In this document: positions 26,501 to 35,277 of the stretch, one piece after another
Layout of the letters: each line of letters starts with the position of its first letter
How positions within the stretch are numbered: the first letter of the stretch is position 1
Source of the DNA: TPA_inf: Saccharomyces
Taxonomy: Eukaryota
Length of the DNA: 64,000 nt
Direction: 5' to 3'
Assembly (NCBI GenBank): GCA_000146045.2
Contig: BK006942.2
Coordinates: 128,001-192,000 of the forward strand
Notes under the pieces: model-generated
Databases searched by the model: none
What the model saw: the letters and a program-made list of their open reading frames with translations, nothing else
Told to the model about the DNA's origin: nothing
Translations under genes and position numbers: made by a program

Positions 26501-26846
26501 GGAAAATAAAAGATATGTTGTAAACTTTGATGGGGTTGATTTGGACACAAAGATTGGGTATGAGCTTTTGGAGTACAAAAAATTTGTTAGTTTGCCCATG
26601 GCGTGGATTAAATGGGATAACGTTGTTATTGAAAACCACGCAAAAAGAAAAGAAATTGAAGGAAATATGATTCAAATATCAATAAACGAATTTGCACGAT
26701 GGAGAAACGATAAGCTGAACAAAGCGCAGCAGCCGACGCGCAAACAGCGTTCTCTAAAAATACCTCGAGAGTTACCGGTTAAATTTCAACACCGTATGAG
26801 CATATCCTCCGTCCTCCAGCAGACATCCAAAGAACCATTTTGGTAA
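23595..26846 (+). CDS. HOS4: Set3 complex subunit Hos4 (ankyrin repeats)
   Basis: 1083-aa ORF; ankyrin repeats (GNTALHEAALQGHIEIVELLIENGADVN), acidic tracts, Lys/Glu-rich coiled-coil region. Confidence 0.88.
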   Translation: MNETTTKQPLKKRSLSSYLSNVSTRREELEKISKQETSEEEDTAGKHEQRETLSEEVSDKFPENVASFRSQTTSVHQATQNNLNAKESEDLAHKNDASSHEGEVNGDSRPDDVPETNEKISQAIRAKISSSSSSPNVRNVDIQNHQPFSRDQLRAMLKEPKRKTVDDFIEEEGLGAVEEEDLSDEVLEKNTTEPENVEKDIEYSDSDKDTDDVGSDDPTAPNSPIKLGRRKLVRGDQLDATTSSMFNNESDSELSDIDDSKNIALSSSLFRGGSSPVKETNNNLSNMNSSPAQNPKRGSVSRSNDSNKSSHIAVSKRPKQKKGIYRDSGGRTRLQIACDKGKYDVVKKMIEEGGYDINDQDNAGNTALHEAALQGHIEIVELLIENGADVNIKSIEMFGDTPLIDASANGHLDVVKYLLKNGADPTIRNAKGLTAFESVDDESEFDDEEDQKILREIKKRLSIAAKKWTNRAGIHNDKSKNGNNAHTIDQPPFDNTTKAKNEKAADSPSMASNIDEKAPEEEFYWTDVTSRAGKEKLFKASKEGHLPYVGTYVENGGKIDLRSFFESVKCGHEDITSIFLAFGFPVNQTSRDNKTSALMVAVGRGHLGTVKLLLEAGADPTKRDKKGRTALYYAKNSIMGITNSEEIQLIENAINNYLKKHSEDNNDDDDDDDNNNETYKHEKKREKTQSPILASRRSATPRIEDEEDDTRMLNLADDDFNNDRDVKESTTSDSRKRLDDNENVGTQYSLDWKKRKTNALQDEEKLKSISPLSMEPHSPKKAKSVEISKIHEETAAEREARLKEEEEYRKKRLEKKRKKEQELLQKLAEDEKKRIEEQEKQKVLEMERLEKATLEKARKMEREKEMEEISYRRAVRDLYPLGLKIINFNDKLDYKRFLPLYYFVDEKNDKFVLDLQVMILLKDIDLLSKDNQPTSEKIPVDPSHLTPLWNMLKFIFLYGGSYDDKKNNMENKRYVVNFDGVDLDTKIGYELLEYKKFVSLPMAWIKWDNVVIENHAKRKEIEGNMIQISINEFARWRNDKLNKAQQPTRKQRSLKIPRELPVKFQHRMSISSVLQQTSKEPFW

Positions 26847-27221
26847 AACAATTCATCGGTCCGTTGGCATATGCTCATACATAGTTGCATTTTCGATTCA
26901 TTAAATACTATTCATGTTAACATAATTCCATATAATCGTACTGTTTTGTCATTATTATATCGGCATGACACTCACCAATTTCTTTTTTTGATTTTGTATT
27001 GTTCGATAAGGCAACGAACGAGTACTCGAAAAAATGTCATGGACCCCTTAAAATTACTGAGGGGTTCAGAAAATACCGTGCAAAAGACGAAAAAAGACGA
27101 ATTTCATTTGATTTATATTTTATAAATGACTGTTGCATTAAACAATAGACCAATTATTTCAATTTAATATTCTTTGCAGGAAACTTTCACAATGGAATAA
27201 CGCCACATATTCATTGTAAAG

Positions 27222-27765
27222 AGCATGTATAACAAACACTGATTTTTGTTTTGAGTTTTAAAAGATATCCATTTACTAACATTCGAGGTGTACAAGCACA
27301 AGTTTTGCAGTGTTGCGTACTTCTCTTACTAAAGGGGCACGGCTAACTGGGACAAGATTTGTTCAAACAAAGGCCCTTTCGAAGGCAACATTGACAGATC
27401 TGCCCGAAAGATGGGAAAATATGCCAAACTTAGAACAGAAAGAGATTGCAGATAATTTGACAGAACGTCAAAAGCTTCCATGGAAAACTCTCAATAACGA
27501 GGAAATCAAAGCAGCTTGGTACATATCCTACGGCGAGTGGGGACCTAGAAGACCTGTACACGGAAAAGGCGATGTTGCATTTATAACTAAAGGAGTATTT
27601 TTAGGGTTAGGAATCTCATTTGGGCTCTTTGGTTTAGTGAGACTATTAGCCAATCCTGAAACTCCAAAGACTATGAACAGGGAATGGCAGTTGAAATCAG
27701 ACGAGTATCTGAAGTCAAAAAATGCCAATCCTTGGGGAGGTTATTCTCAAGTTCAATCTAAATAA
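27222..27765 (+). CDS. COX5B: Cytochrome c oxidase subunit Vb (hypoxic isoform); split CDS: exon1 = 27222 (A of AUG), intron 27223..27310, exon2 27311..27765
   Basis: Exon 2 encodes LRTSLTKGARLTG... (151 aa with Met) but has no in-frame ATG; frame begins TG-TTG directly after a CAG 3' splice site; TACTAAC at 27274-27280; upstream A|GCATGT at 27222/27223 would rebuild AUG on splicing. Confidence 0.75.
27223..27310 (+). other. COX5B: COX5B intron (88 nt) interrupting the start codon
   Basis: 5' site GCATGT (non-canonical GC-AG class), branch TACTAAC 27274-27280, 3' site cAG at 27308-27310. Confidence 0.65.
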
Positions 27766-28044
27766 GTAGACGAGGAAAATAAAATTGTTTCGTATATTCC
27801 GTGTTTGGGGTATAAGTAGATTGTTTTCATATATACGCATTTGGTCTTAGTTCAGTAGGTTGATTACTTAGTTCCTTGTACCTTCTTCTGCAAATATCAT
27901 TCATTGTTACTTCGAAGAAGAAAAAAAATAATCATGGAAAATTGGAAAAAAAAAAAGTCCAATCTAAAAAATAAAAATGTTCAAGTCATCGATTCTATGG
28001 GGAGGAAAAGGACAATCAGAACCGAAGTGTTGTGTAGCTAAAAT

Positions 28045-29178
28045 ATGTCATTTTCCTTCGGCTTTACTTCCAATGACTTTGATGATGATGAGCTTGTTGC
28101 TCAACCTGAAACATTCGTTGAAAGCAGCAAAGAAAACGAAAATACCACTGCTTACATCAATCCATTAGATTCGGATTTCTTGTCGCAAGCTGGAGTTGTG
28201 CAGCCAAATGTGGAAGACCTAGGAACAATATTGGAAAGTCTTAAGGATGTTAGATTGACATTTGAAGAGTTCCAATCTCCGATATATAGAAAACCATTGA
28301 TCAAGAGGGAACTATTCGATGTCAAACATCAGCTAATGTTAGAGACAGATGCCCAATCCAACAACAACTCCACGGAACTGGACATTTTACTAGGTGATAC
28401 TTCTGAAGATTTGAGAAAGAACATCTATGAAGGTGGGTTGAAATCATGGGAGTGCTCTTATGATTTAGTTGATTTGTTGTCAGAGAACGTTGATAGAATA
28501 AGCAACGATATCGACGCGGTTGTCGAAATAGGCTGTGGTACGGCACTACCCTCAGAGTTTCTTTTCAGATCTGCTCTTCTACGGAATGATAGAAGTAAAG
28601 GTTTAAAGTTTGTTTTGACTGACTATAATGCCAGTGTATTAAGATTAGTTACCATACCGAATTTGGTTATAACATGGGCTAAAACGGTTTTGACAAAGGA
28701 ACAATGGTACGCCTTACAGAAAGACGAATGTGAAGATATTCCAATAAATAATGAGGAACTGCTTCTTACCTCAAAGCTGTTAGCTGCCTTTTACGACGAT
28801 GTACAAAGCAGGAATATCAGCGTCACTCTTATATCAGGATCGTGGGGACGTAAATTTAGTAATTTGATCCATGAAGTACTCTCAGGTAGCCAAAAAGTCC
28901 TTTCATTATCCTCAGAAACAATTTATCAACCTGACAATTTGCCCGTTATAGCGGAAACAATACTTGACATACACAATTTACCACAAACCGATGTCAAAAC
29001 TTACGTAGCCGCAAAGGATATTTATTTTGGAGTCGGTGGTAGCATCACTGAATTTGAAGCTTATTTGGACGACAAAATAAACTCCGAACATCTACCAATT
29101 CATTCTGAAAGGTTTAAAGTTAACTCTGGCTTAAAAAGGTCGATTATATGCATTGAAACAAATAAAGCTATCCGATAG
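28045..29178 (+). CDS. HPM1: Protein-histidine N-methyltransferase (Rpl3 His243)
   Basis: 377-aa ORF, SAM-MTase-like motif (VVEIGCGTALPS); recognised as YIL110W/HPM1; synteny. Confidence 0.82.
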   Translation: MSFSFGFTSNDFDDDELVAQPETFVESSKENENTTAYINPLDSDFLSQAGVVQPNVEDLGTILESLKDVRLTFEEFQSPIYRKPLIKRELFDVKHQLMLETDAQSNNNSTELDILLGDTSEDLRKNIYEGGLKSWECSYDLVDLLSENVDRISNDIDAVVEIGCGTALPSEFLFRSALLRNDRSKGLKFVLTDYNASVLRLVTIPNLVITWAKTVLTKEQWYALQKDECEDIPINNEELLLTSKLLAAFYDDVQSRNISVTLISGSWGRKFSNLIHEVLSGSQKVLSLSSETIYQPDNLPVIAETILDIHNLPQTDVKTYVAAKDIYFGVGGSITEFEAYLDDKINSEHLPIHSERFKVNSGLKRSIICIETNKAIR

Positions 29179-29384
29179 TTAGTATAATTTGTTTCAACTT
29201 CATTTCCTTAAGTTAATCCATAAGTCTTTTACTGTATCTTTTATTTATAACATGGATGAAAATAGAAAAGAAATATAGAAGTAAAAATTAAAGTAACTGT
29301 TCAATATACATAATATAATTGGAAAGCAAAAATGCAACCAACAAAAATATACAGTTTCTTTTTATCATTGATTCCCTTTTAGCC

Positions 29385-32165
29385 TTATTTGCTAATTCTG
29401 GCTTTCATGATTTGTAAGAATTCTCTGTAACTTTCGTTATTCAAAATCTTATCCTCCACTAAGGTGCTAGAAGCCCATAGTCTTAGCGTTGCAACTTCCC
29501 TAGCAGATGCATGGTTAACGGGCTCGCTCAAAGAGGCACCCCTAACAATATACAATGATTGGTAAGTGATGACATCATCATGGTTTCTCAATTGGTTGAT
29601 AATGTTTCTTACTCTTTGATTGAATTCAGAATTTTCAACAACAGGTATTTCCTGTTTGCCAATTGGAATGTCAAAGATATCCTGTGTTCCAAACACATCG
29701 AATACTAGCGCTGGTACAGCGTCACCACCCATCCACAAAAACAATTCGTTACCATTATCTATCAAGTATAGACCGTATCTTTCAAACAACGAAGAGGTAG
29801 CATTGATTGGTTGAGGCAAAACAATTGTGCCAGTAGCTTCACCATCTTCAGTTTGCACTGGTAACCCAGCCTCATCAGCCATATCATGCAGCGAATAAAC
29901 ATCAGGGTAGATGTTTTTGATTAGATATTTCAAAGGTAATGATTCTAAGTTGTTCAAGGCCGAGGCGCGATGGTCACTTGGGACAATACCAGATCTAAAT
30001 GCCATATGCTTAGTTAAAGAATGCATTAACAATGGGAACATTCTCAAATTGGCACATAACCTCAATGGGGCCCCCCCTGCAGTGTTGGACACCACTATTT
30101 CCTTCTTGTACGTGGCTAAGATATCTTGCACGGATTTGTTGATCAATACTCTTGCATCGTCCAAACTGGAATTCAATGCTTTCTCCACCGCCTTCGAGTT
30201 GTAAAACGACGCTATAGCTAATTGGTCAGCAGATGCGTAGACTTCTGCCAACGATTCCGTGGTTGGCATAGCCAATGTTATAATTCTTATTCTACGTTGA
30301 CTATTATTCAGAGATAAAAGTACCGCTACTTGAACATAACAATAGTCAGCCATAATGGATTCATCAACGTTAACTTCGAATAAGTATGATTGATCTCTTG
30401 GCATGGTGGAAAATGCACATAAATCAGATGATCTATTGAAGAAGTGACCATAGAATCTACTCATTCTCAAACCTGTGGAACCACGGGCTCTCATTACGGT
30501 TTCCATACAGAAATCCATGGAAATGTGCTTGGCAAACTCAGTGGAAAATTTGACAATATCATTTGGGTTCTTGCCTGAAAAACCAGGATAGAAATGCGTT
30601 TGACCAGCAGTGAAACGACTCAAATTCGATAGTGATGCAACGTCCATATAATCTTCAGAAGCCAAAAATAAATCGACAGTAATCTGTACTTTAGAACAAT
30701 CGATGGTGAAATTCTTATAAAATGAGTCTTGACAGGAAAGTAGTTGTGCAGTTTCCTTGGATGTATTAACAACACCACTTTCATTTCTCCTTTGTAATTT
30801 TCCTATGCCTAAGTTGGGCAAAGTACCTGACACAACAATTATTTTACCACCAACGCCACCAATTAAATGATAAGCGGATTTCAAAGCGGGGCCCAGTGCG
30901 AAATTTGTGATTAAATTAGATTGGAAGATTTGAGGAATCTTGGTCAATAAAGTTTCAATGTTTTGTCTGCAGGCCTTTAAGGACACAACCATAGAGTTTG
31001 GTCTGGGCAAGAAAGGCTCTTCCAGGTCGGCAATATCCATCATGTTGATTTGATCGGCGGACTCTTCATTGTTTTCAGAATCCAATGGGATTTTAAAGTA
31101 GTGAATGGCGTTGTCTACACATAAGATGGAAATTCTGGTTCTTTCATCATGGTTTGGAATGGAATCAAGATTTTGCAAAAGGGTGTTGATGGTAGTGGCC
31201 AGTAACCCACTCTTGATAGAGGACTGGGAGACATCGATCAGGAAACAGTAAGTGGCTGGAGGTGGTTGTCTTAGAGTATATTCCTTTGGGGCCATATATT
31301 CCATCACAGCACATTTGATTTCATTTCTGTCGTATCTACTCTTTGGGTCGTTTGGATCGCTCTGGTCCATTTGCATAGGAACGTCATTGGCCAGACGACA
31401 AAAGTTACATCTCCATCTTCTGCCTTGCTCGATAAAAGTGACAAAAGGGTTCATGTAAGAACGACAACGACGACAACGGACAATAAGTCCATCTTCATTC
31501 AATGGAGGCGGGTCGATATCGTCGTACAAGTGTTGGTATGGTCTGATAACAAGCCCAAATGGAAGTTTAGACTTCTTCAGCAGGGAGCTGTTCTTAGGAA
31601 CGGCGTTCAAGGTCGACCTGATATAATCTGGAGACGCATTGGACAATTCAGAAGGAACTAACATCCTTTCTGGAGGAATAACCAACGGTGGGGGAGGCAA
31701 GGTCAGATCGGTAATTGGAGGAGGCAATTCCGTCAACAGATCGATTGGATACAACTGGTTCATGGGCCTCATGTTTTGGCCCATTGCGGCGCTAGGTTGG
31801 CCATACGCAGGCGCTGCCATTGGTTGTTGCTGTTGCTGCAAAGGTGTGCCCATTTGCACGGGAACCTGTGGCTGCATATAAGCGTTAGGATCGACTAGCG
31901 GTACGTTGTGCAGATGCATATCGTTCATGGAAGTGGTGGCCTGATCAATTTGCTGGTGTAACTGTTCTTGAGCAGGGGTTAGGAATTGTTGCTGCCCCAT
32001 GGAAGGGACTGCACCCTGTGGCGGCATTCCCATCTGACCATAGCTCATTCCAGCTGCAGCAGGATCCTGCGGAGGCATGAATTGTGCTGGCTGTTGTAGA
32101 GGGGTGGCATTTTGTCCATACTGGAGCTGAGCTTGTGGGTAAACACGTTTCTTGTGATGAGACAT
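29385..32165 (-). CDS. SEC24: COPII coat cargo-adaptor Sec24
   Basis: 926-aa ORF; Q/P-rich N-terminus, zinc finger CRRCRSYMNPF...CNFC, trunk/helical/gelsolin regions. Confidence 0.93.
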   Translation of the reverse strand: MSHHKKRVYPQAQLQYGQNATPLQQPAQFMPPQDPAAAGMSYGQMGMPPQGAVPSMGQQQFLTPAQEQLHQQIDQATTSMNDMHLHNVPLVDPNAYMQPQVPVQMGTPLQQQQQPMAAPAYGQPSAAMGQNMRPMNQLYPIDLLTELPPPITDLTLPPPPLVIPPERMLVPSELSNASPDYIRSTLNAVPKNSSLLKKSKLPFGLVIRPYQHLYDDIDPPPLNEDGLIVRCRRCRSYMNPFVTFIEQGRRWRCNFCRLANDVPMQMDQSDPNDPKSRYDRNEIKCAVMEYMAPKEYTLRQPPPATYCFLIDVSQSSIKSGLLATTINTLLQNLDSIPNHDERTRISILCVDNAIHYFKIPLDSENNEESADQINMMDIADLEEPFLPRPNSMVVSLKACRQNIETLLTKIPQIFQSNLITNFALGPALKSAYHLIGGVGGKIIVVSGTLPNLGIGKLQRRNESGVVNTSKETAQLLSCQDSFYKNFTIDCSKVQITVDLFLASEDYMDVASLSNLSRFTAGQTHFYPGFSGKNPNDIVKFSTEFAKHISMDFCMETVMRARGSTGLRMSRFYGHFFNRSSDLCAFSTMPRDQSYLFEVNVDESIMADYCYVQVAVLLSLNNSQRRIRIITLAMPTTESLAEVYASADQLAIASFYNSKAVEKALNSSLDDARVLINKSVQDILATYKKEIVVSNTAGGAPLRLCANLRMFPLLMHSLTKHMAFRSGIVPSDHRASALNNLESLPLKYLIKNIYPDVYSLHDMADEAGLPVQTEDGEATGTIVLPQPINATSSLFERYGLYLIDNGNELFLWMGGDAVPALVFDVFGTQDIFDIPIGKQEIPVVENSEFNQRVRNIINQLRNHDDVITYQSLYIVRGASLSEPVNHASAREVATLRLWASSTLVEDKILNNESYREFLQIMKARISK

Positions 32166-32886
32166 TTTGCAGATGGTCTCAGACTTATATATTTATGTCT
32201 GTTTCAATGCGGCAAAAATGGACCTGAGTGCCAGATAAAACCTTTTTGTAGTGCTATTTTTGGCCTGTTTCCTGATGTACCATCCTCCTTACATAGTTTT
32301 GTTTTTCTTCGTTTTCGTTCTTCCAGTTTTCATTTTCTTCTGCCGTAAATGGAAAAAACAAGAAAAAAAAAAAGAGAACAGCTAAGCGTTAACAAATCTG
32401 CTCCAGTGGCCATGTCCAAGACTGTTTTTCAAGCCCAGATAGTGCCTGAATAGACTGCATTAAGCTGAAAAACTTATAGCAGTGGTTAGTGCAAAATGCA
32501 CACTTGTCAGTGCTATGTATATTTGTGACACGATTCTATCACCCAAACATAGCACTAATTACTTTTTTGTTACCCGGCATTCTAGGCGGAAATTTGCTGA
32601 AATTTTCCATCAATTAATTACGTAACCTATTCTTTTAAGAGCATGATGTTGTATATAAATATAGATCACCTTAGGAACAGTCAGGCTTTCTTAGGTTTCA
32701 GAAGTTCATGTGTCTTGGCGCAGTCAATTCTCTCGATCTTTTTTTGGTTTGGACGTTTAAGAGTAGCGGTCGCCGGAAAATAGAGAGAAAAAGGAAATTT
32801 AAAAGGAGTTCTTCTTTCTTCTTATTATTAGATCGTATACAGTAAAAAAAAAAAAAGGAAGTAGTAGTTCGAAGAGAAAGAAATAA

Positions 32887-34977
32887 ATGGTAGGCTCGAA
32901 GGATATTGATCTATTCAACCTGAGAGAGAACGAGCAAATCGTTTCTCCTTGTCTTATCGTGCACGGAAAATGCAATAAGCAAAATGGTGCGAAGACCGTT
33001 CAAGTGCAGCATCCACAATTGCCTCCAATTACTTACCCCATACATAATCAGTTCTTCAAGGCCACTGTGATATTGACTCCTGGTGAGAACAAGTTGACCT
33101 TTGTTACAGACACTAACACCGCTAGGACAATCGTATGTTACTACACACCACTGACGCAGAACCCTCCCGTACACCTGTGTCTGATCTTGGCCAAGGATTC
33201 GCCTTTACAGTTTGACTCTCCTCGAGAACAGAAGGACAGAGAGGGCGGGAATGGCCTCGAATTGGCAATCAAGAAGCTAAGACTTGGGGCCAGACTCATG
33301 CAAGCGTACACGAACGAGCAAATGCTGAGAAACAGTATGGGAAATAGGACGTTTCCCTTTGTTGAAGAATTTACCTGGGACACGCTGTTCGAACGGCCTG
33401 CTATGAGAAACACCATCAAAATACATGTAGTTCGTTCGGAAAAGACGGTGAAGGAAATCCAGGACCCTGACATAGCTCAACAGAATTCCAAAGGGAAAAA
33501 CACCGGCGCCCTTTTTGGGATAGCCATGGACGCCCTTAAAAGTTACGGCGGACCCTTCACCAATAACGAAAAGCCTGTTCAGGCAGCTTGTATGTTTCTA
33601 GACACCCACTGGGATGGTAAGTTGATTAGAGGCCACGCCGCATTGGGTGGGGGTGACGACAGCATTAAGCTCGCCATTTTTGGGTCGCACGGGCTTTACT
33701 CATGGCCTACTTGTCTCGAGCAATTGGTGCCTTATTTTACTGATGAGACAAGATCCTCCACCAGTGAAGTCGCCAACGACTGTAATGAGTGTGGTACTTA
33801 CTGGGAATGTTTGACTATCACGTTGGGAGCATTTATGCATGAGATTGGTCACTTACTGGGTTGTCCTCATCAGGAAAGCGGTGTTATGCTAAGAGGCTAT
33901 ACCACTTTGAATAGGTCTTTCTTGACTAAAGAGGCTTATTCTGTAAGAACTAATTCAACTGGTGCTAGTCCTCCCATCTTCCCCAAGGAAGAATGTACCT
34001 GGAACCGTCTCGATACGGTAAGATTTTTGTACCACCCCTCTTTCACTTTACCACAGGATTATTACGATCCATCGTTCATGAGACCTACAAAATTGGGCGG
34101 ATACCCCAATATAAAACACTCTGTATATCCTTTGGGTAACGGCAGTTGCCGCATATTATCGCCCACAGGAATCTATTTGATTGAAATTATATGTGATGAT
34201 TTGGCCAGGGGCCATATTGAATACTTGCCGGTTTCCCTAGGTGGACAGGGGCCTCAACGGGAAGTTATAGTAACATTAGATGATTTACGTGCCAGGTTGC
34301 CCAAGAATGAACTCGCCAAGTTTGGCAATACCTTCAAATTGAAAATTCTTTCTGTTAATGCACCGGAAACCGAGTTCGACAAGTTCCCATCTTTGTTAGA
34401 TGTTCAGCCATTAGACATGTCGAAATATGGGTTTTCTAAAAATGTTCAAGGTATCAAATCACCACTTTATGGTCGCAGCGACGGTGGTAATGCTGTCGGC
34501 GTCGTCGCTTTTGATGTTAGATTAGTCACTGCTGTGAGAATATACCATGGCTATGCATTAGATGGTGTGAGGTTTTATTACAAGGAAAAACCAACTGGAA
34601 CAAAGGATGCTCCCGCATCCAAGCCCTCTGTACCACCAAGAAATTATTTCTCAAAAATTACACATAGTATCAAAAATCATGCTTCAATAAACGAAGAAAA
34701 TCTAAAAAGTGTACTCTTTGGACATGAAACACAAAATTTTACGGATGCTACACTAGAACCGGGTGAAATAATCATTGGGTTTAATCTGAGGTGCGGAGCT
34801 TGGGTTGATGCTATCCAAATTATAACGAGTCATGGGAGAATGACCGACATGTTTGGTAACAAAGACGGAGGTGGGTTCGCTGAATTGCAGCCACCTAATG
34901 GCCAATATATCCTAGGTGTGACTGGCAGAGTCGGTCAATGGGTCGACGCCTTCGGAATTATTTACGGAGCTTTATAG
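32887..34977 (+). CDS. Uncharacterised putative zinc metalloendopeptidase with C-terminal jacalin-like domain (YIL108W)
   Basis: 696-aa ORF; HEIGHLLGCPH (HExxH) motif; C-terminal GxWVDAIQIIT ... GQWVDAFGIIYG resembles jacalin-type lectin beta-prism. Confidence 0.8.
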   Translation: MVGSKDIDLFNLRENEQIVSPCLIVHGKCNKQNGAKTVQVQHPQLPPITYPIHNQFFKATVILTPGENKLTFVTDTNTARTIVCYYTPLTQNPPVHLCLILAKDSPLQFDSPREQKDREGGNGLELAIKKLRLGARLMQAYTNEQMLRNSMGNRTFPFVEEFTWDTLFERPAMRNTIKIHVVRSEKTVKEIQDPDIAQQNSKGKNTGALFGIAMDALKSYGGPFTNNEKPVQAACMFLDTHWDGKLIRGHAALGGGDDSIKLAIFGSHGLYSWPTCLEQLVPYFTDETRSSTSEVANDCNECGTYWECLTITLGAFMHEIGHLLGCPHQESGVMLRGYTTLNRSFLTKEAYSVRTNSTGASPPIFPKEECTWNRLDTVRFLYHPSFTLPQDYYDPSFMRPTKLGGYPNIKHSVYPLGNGSCRILSPTGIYLIEIICDDLARGHIEYLPVSLGGQGPQREVIVTLDDLRARLPKNELAKFGNTFKLKILSVNAPETEFDKFPSLLDVQPLDMSKYGFSKNVQGIKSPLYGRSDGGNAVGVVAFDVRLVTAVRIYHGYALDGVRFYYKEKPTGTKDAPASKPSVPPRNYFSKITHSIKNHASINEENLKSVLFGHETQNFTDATLEPGEIIIGFNLRCGAWVDAIQIITSHGRMTDMFGNKDGGGFAELQPPNGQYILGVTGRVGQWVDAFGIIYGAL

Positions 34978-35245
34978 TAATTAGTCAAGGTTTTTTTTTT
35001 CTTATTTTTTTCTATTTCATAACTTAGTCATATCAAAATATATCTATTAAATTATTTTCCATATATACGTAGATATTCTTCATTTGCATAATTCTTTGGG
35101 AAAAAGGAAAACAGTTATAGAAAAATATAAACAAAAAACCGCAACACTTCATGATTGCGTCGAACAATATACCTTAAAGAAGAAAAAAAAAGGTTGGTTT
35201 TATCACTTCATTAGTCTATTTGAATAATTCATAAAATATTTCTGA

Positions 35246-35268
35246 TTTTTTTTTTTTTTTTTTTTTTT
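35246..35268. repeat. T23 homopolymer immediately 3' of PFK26 stop
   Basis: 23 consecutive T. Confidence 0.9.
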
Positions 35269-35277
35269 CATATTATT

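Noticed and set aside
27310-27312. GTG taken as the COX5B start by the ORF track
   Set aside because: Yeast does not initiate here; the frame is explained by a spliced AUG (A from a 1-nt exon plus TG).
27977-28168. 63-aa ORF overlapping the HPM1 start
   Set aside because: Out-of-frame overlap with a well-supported gene; no features.
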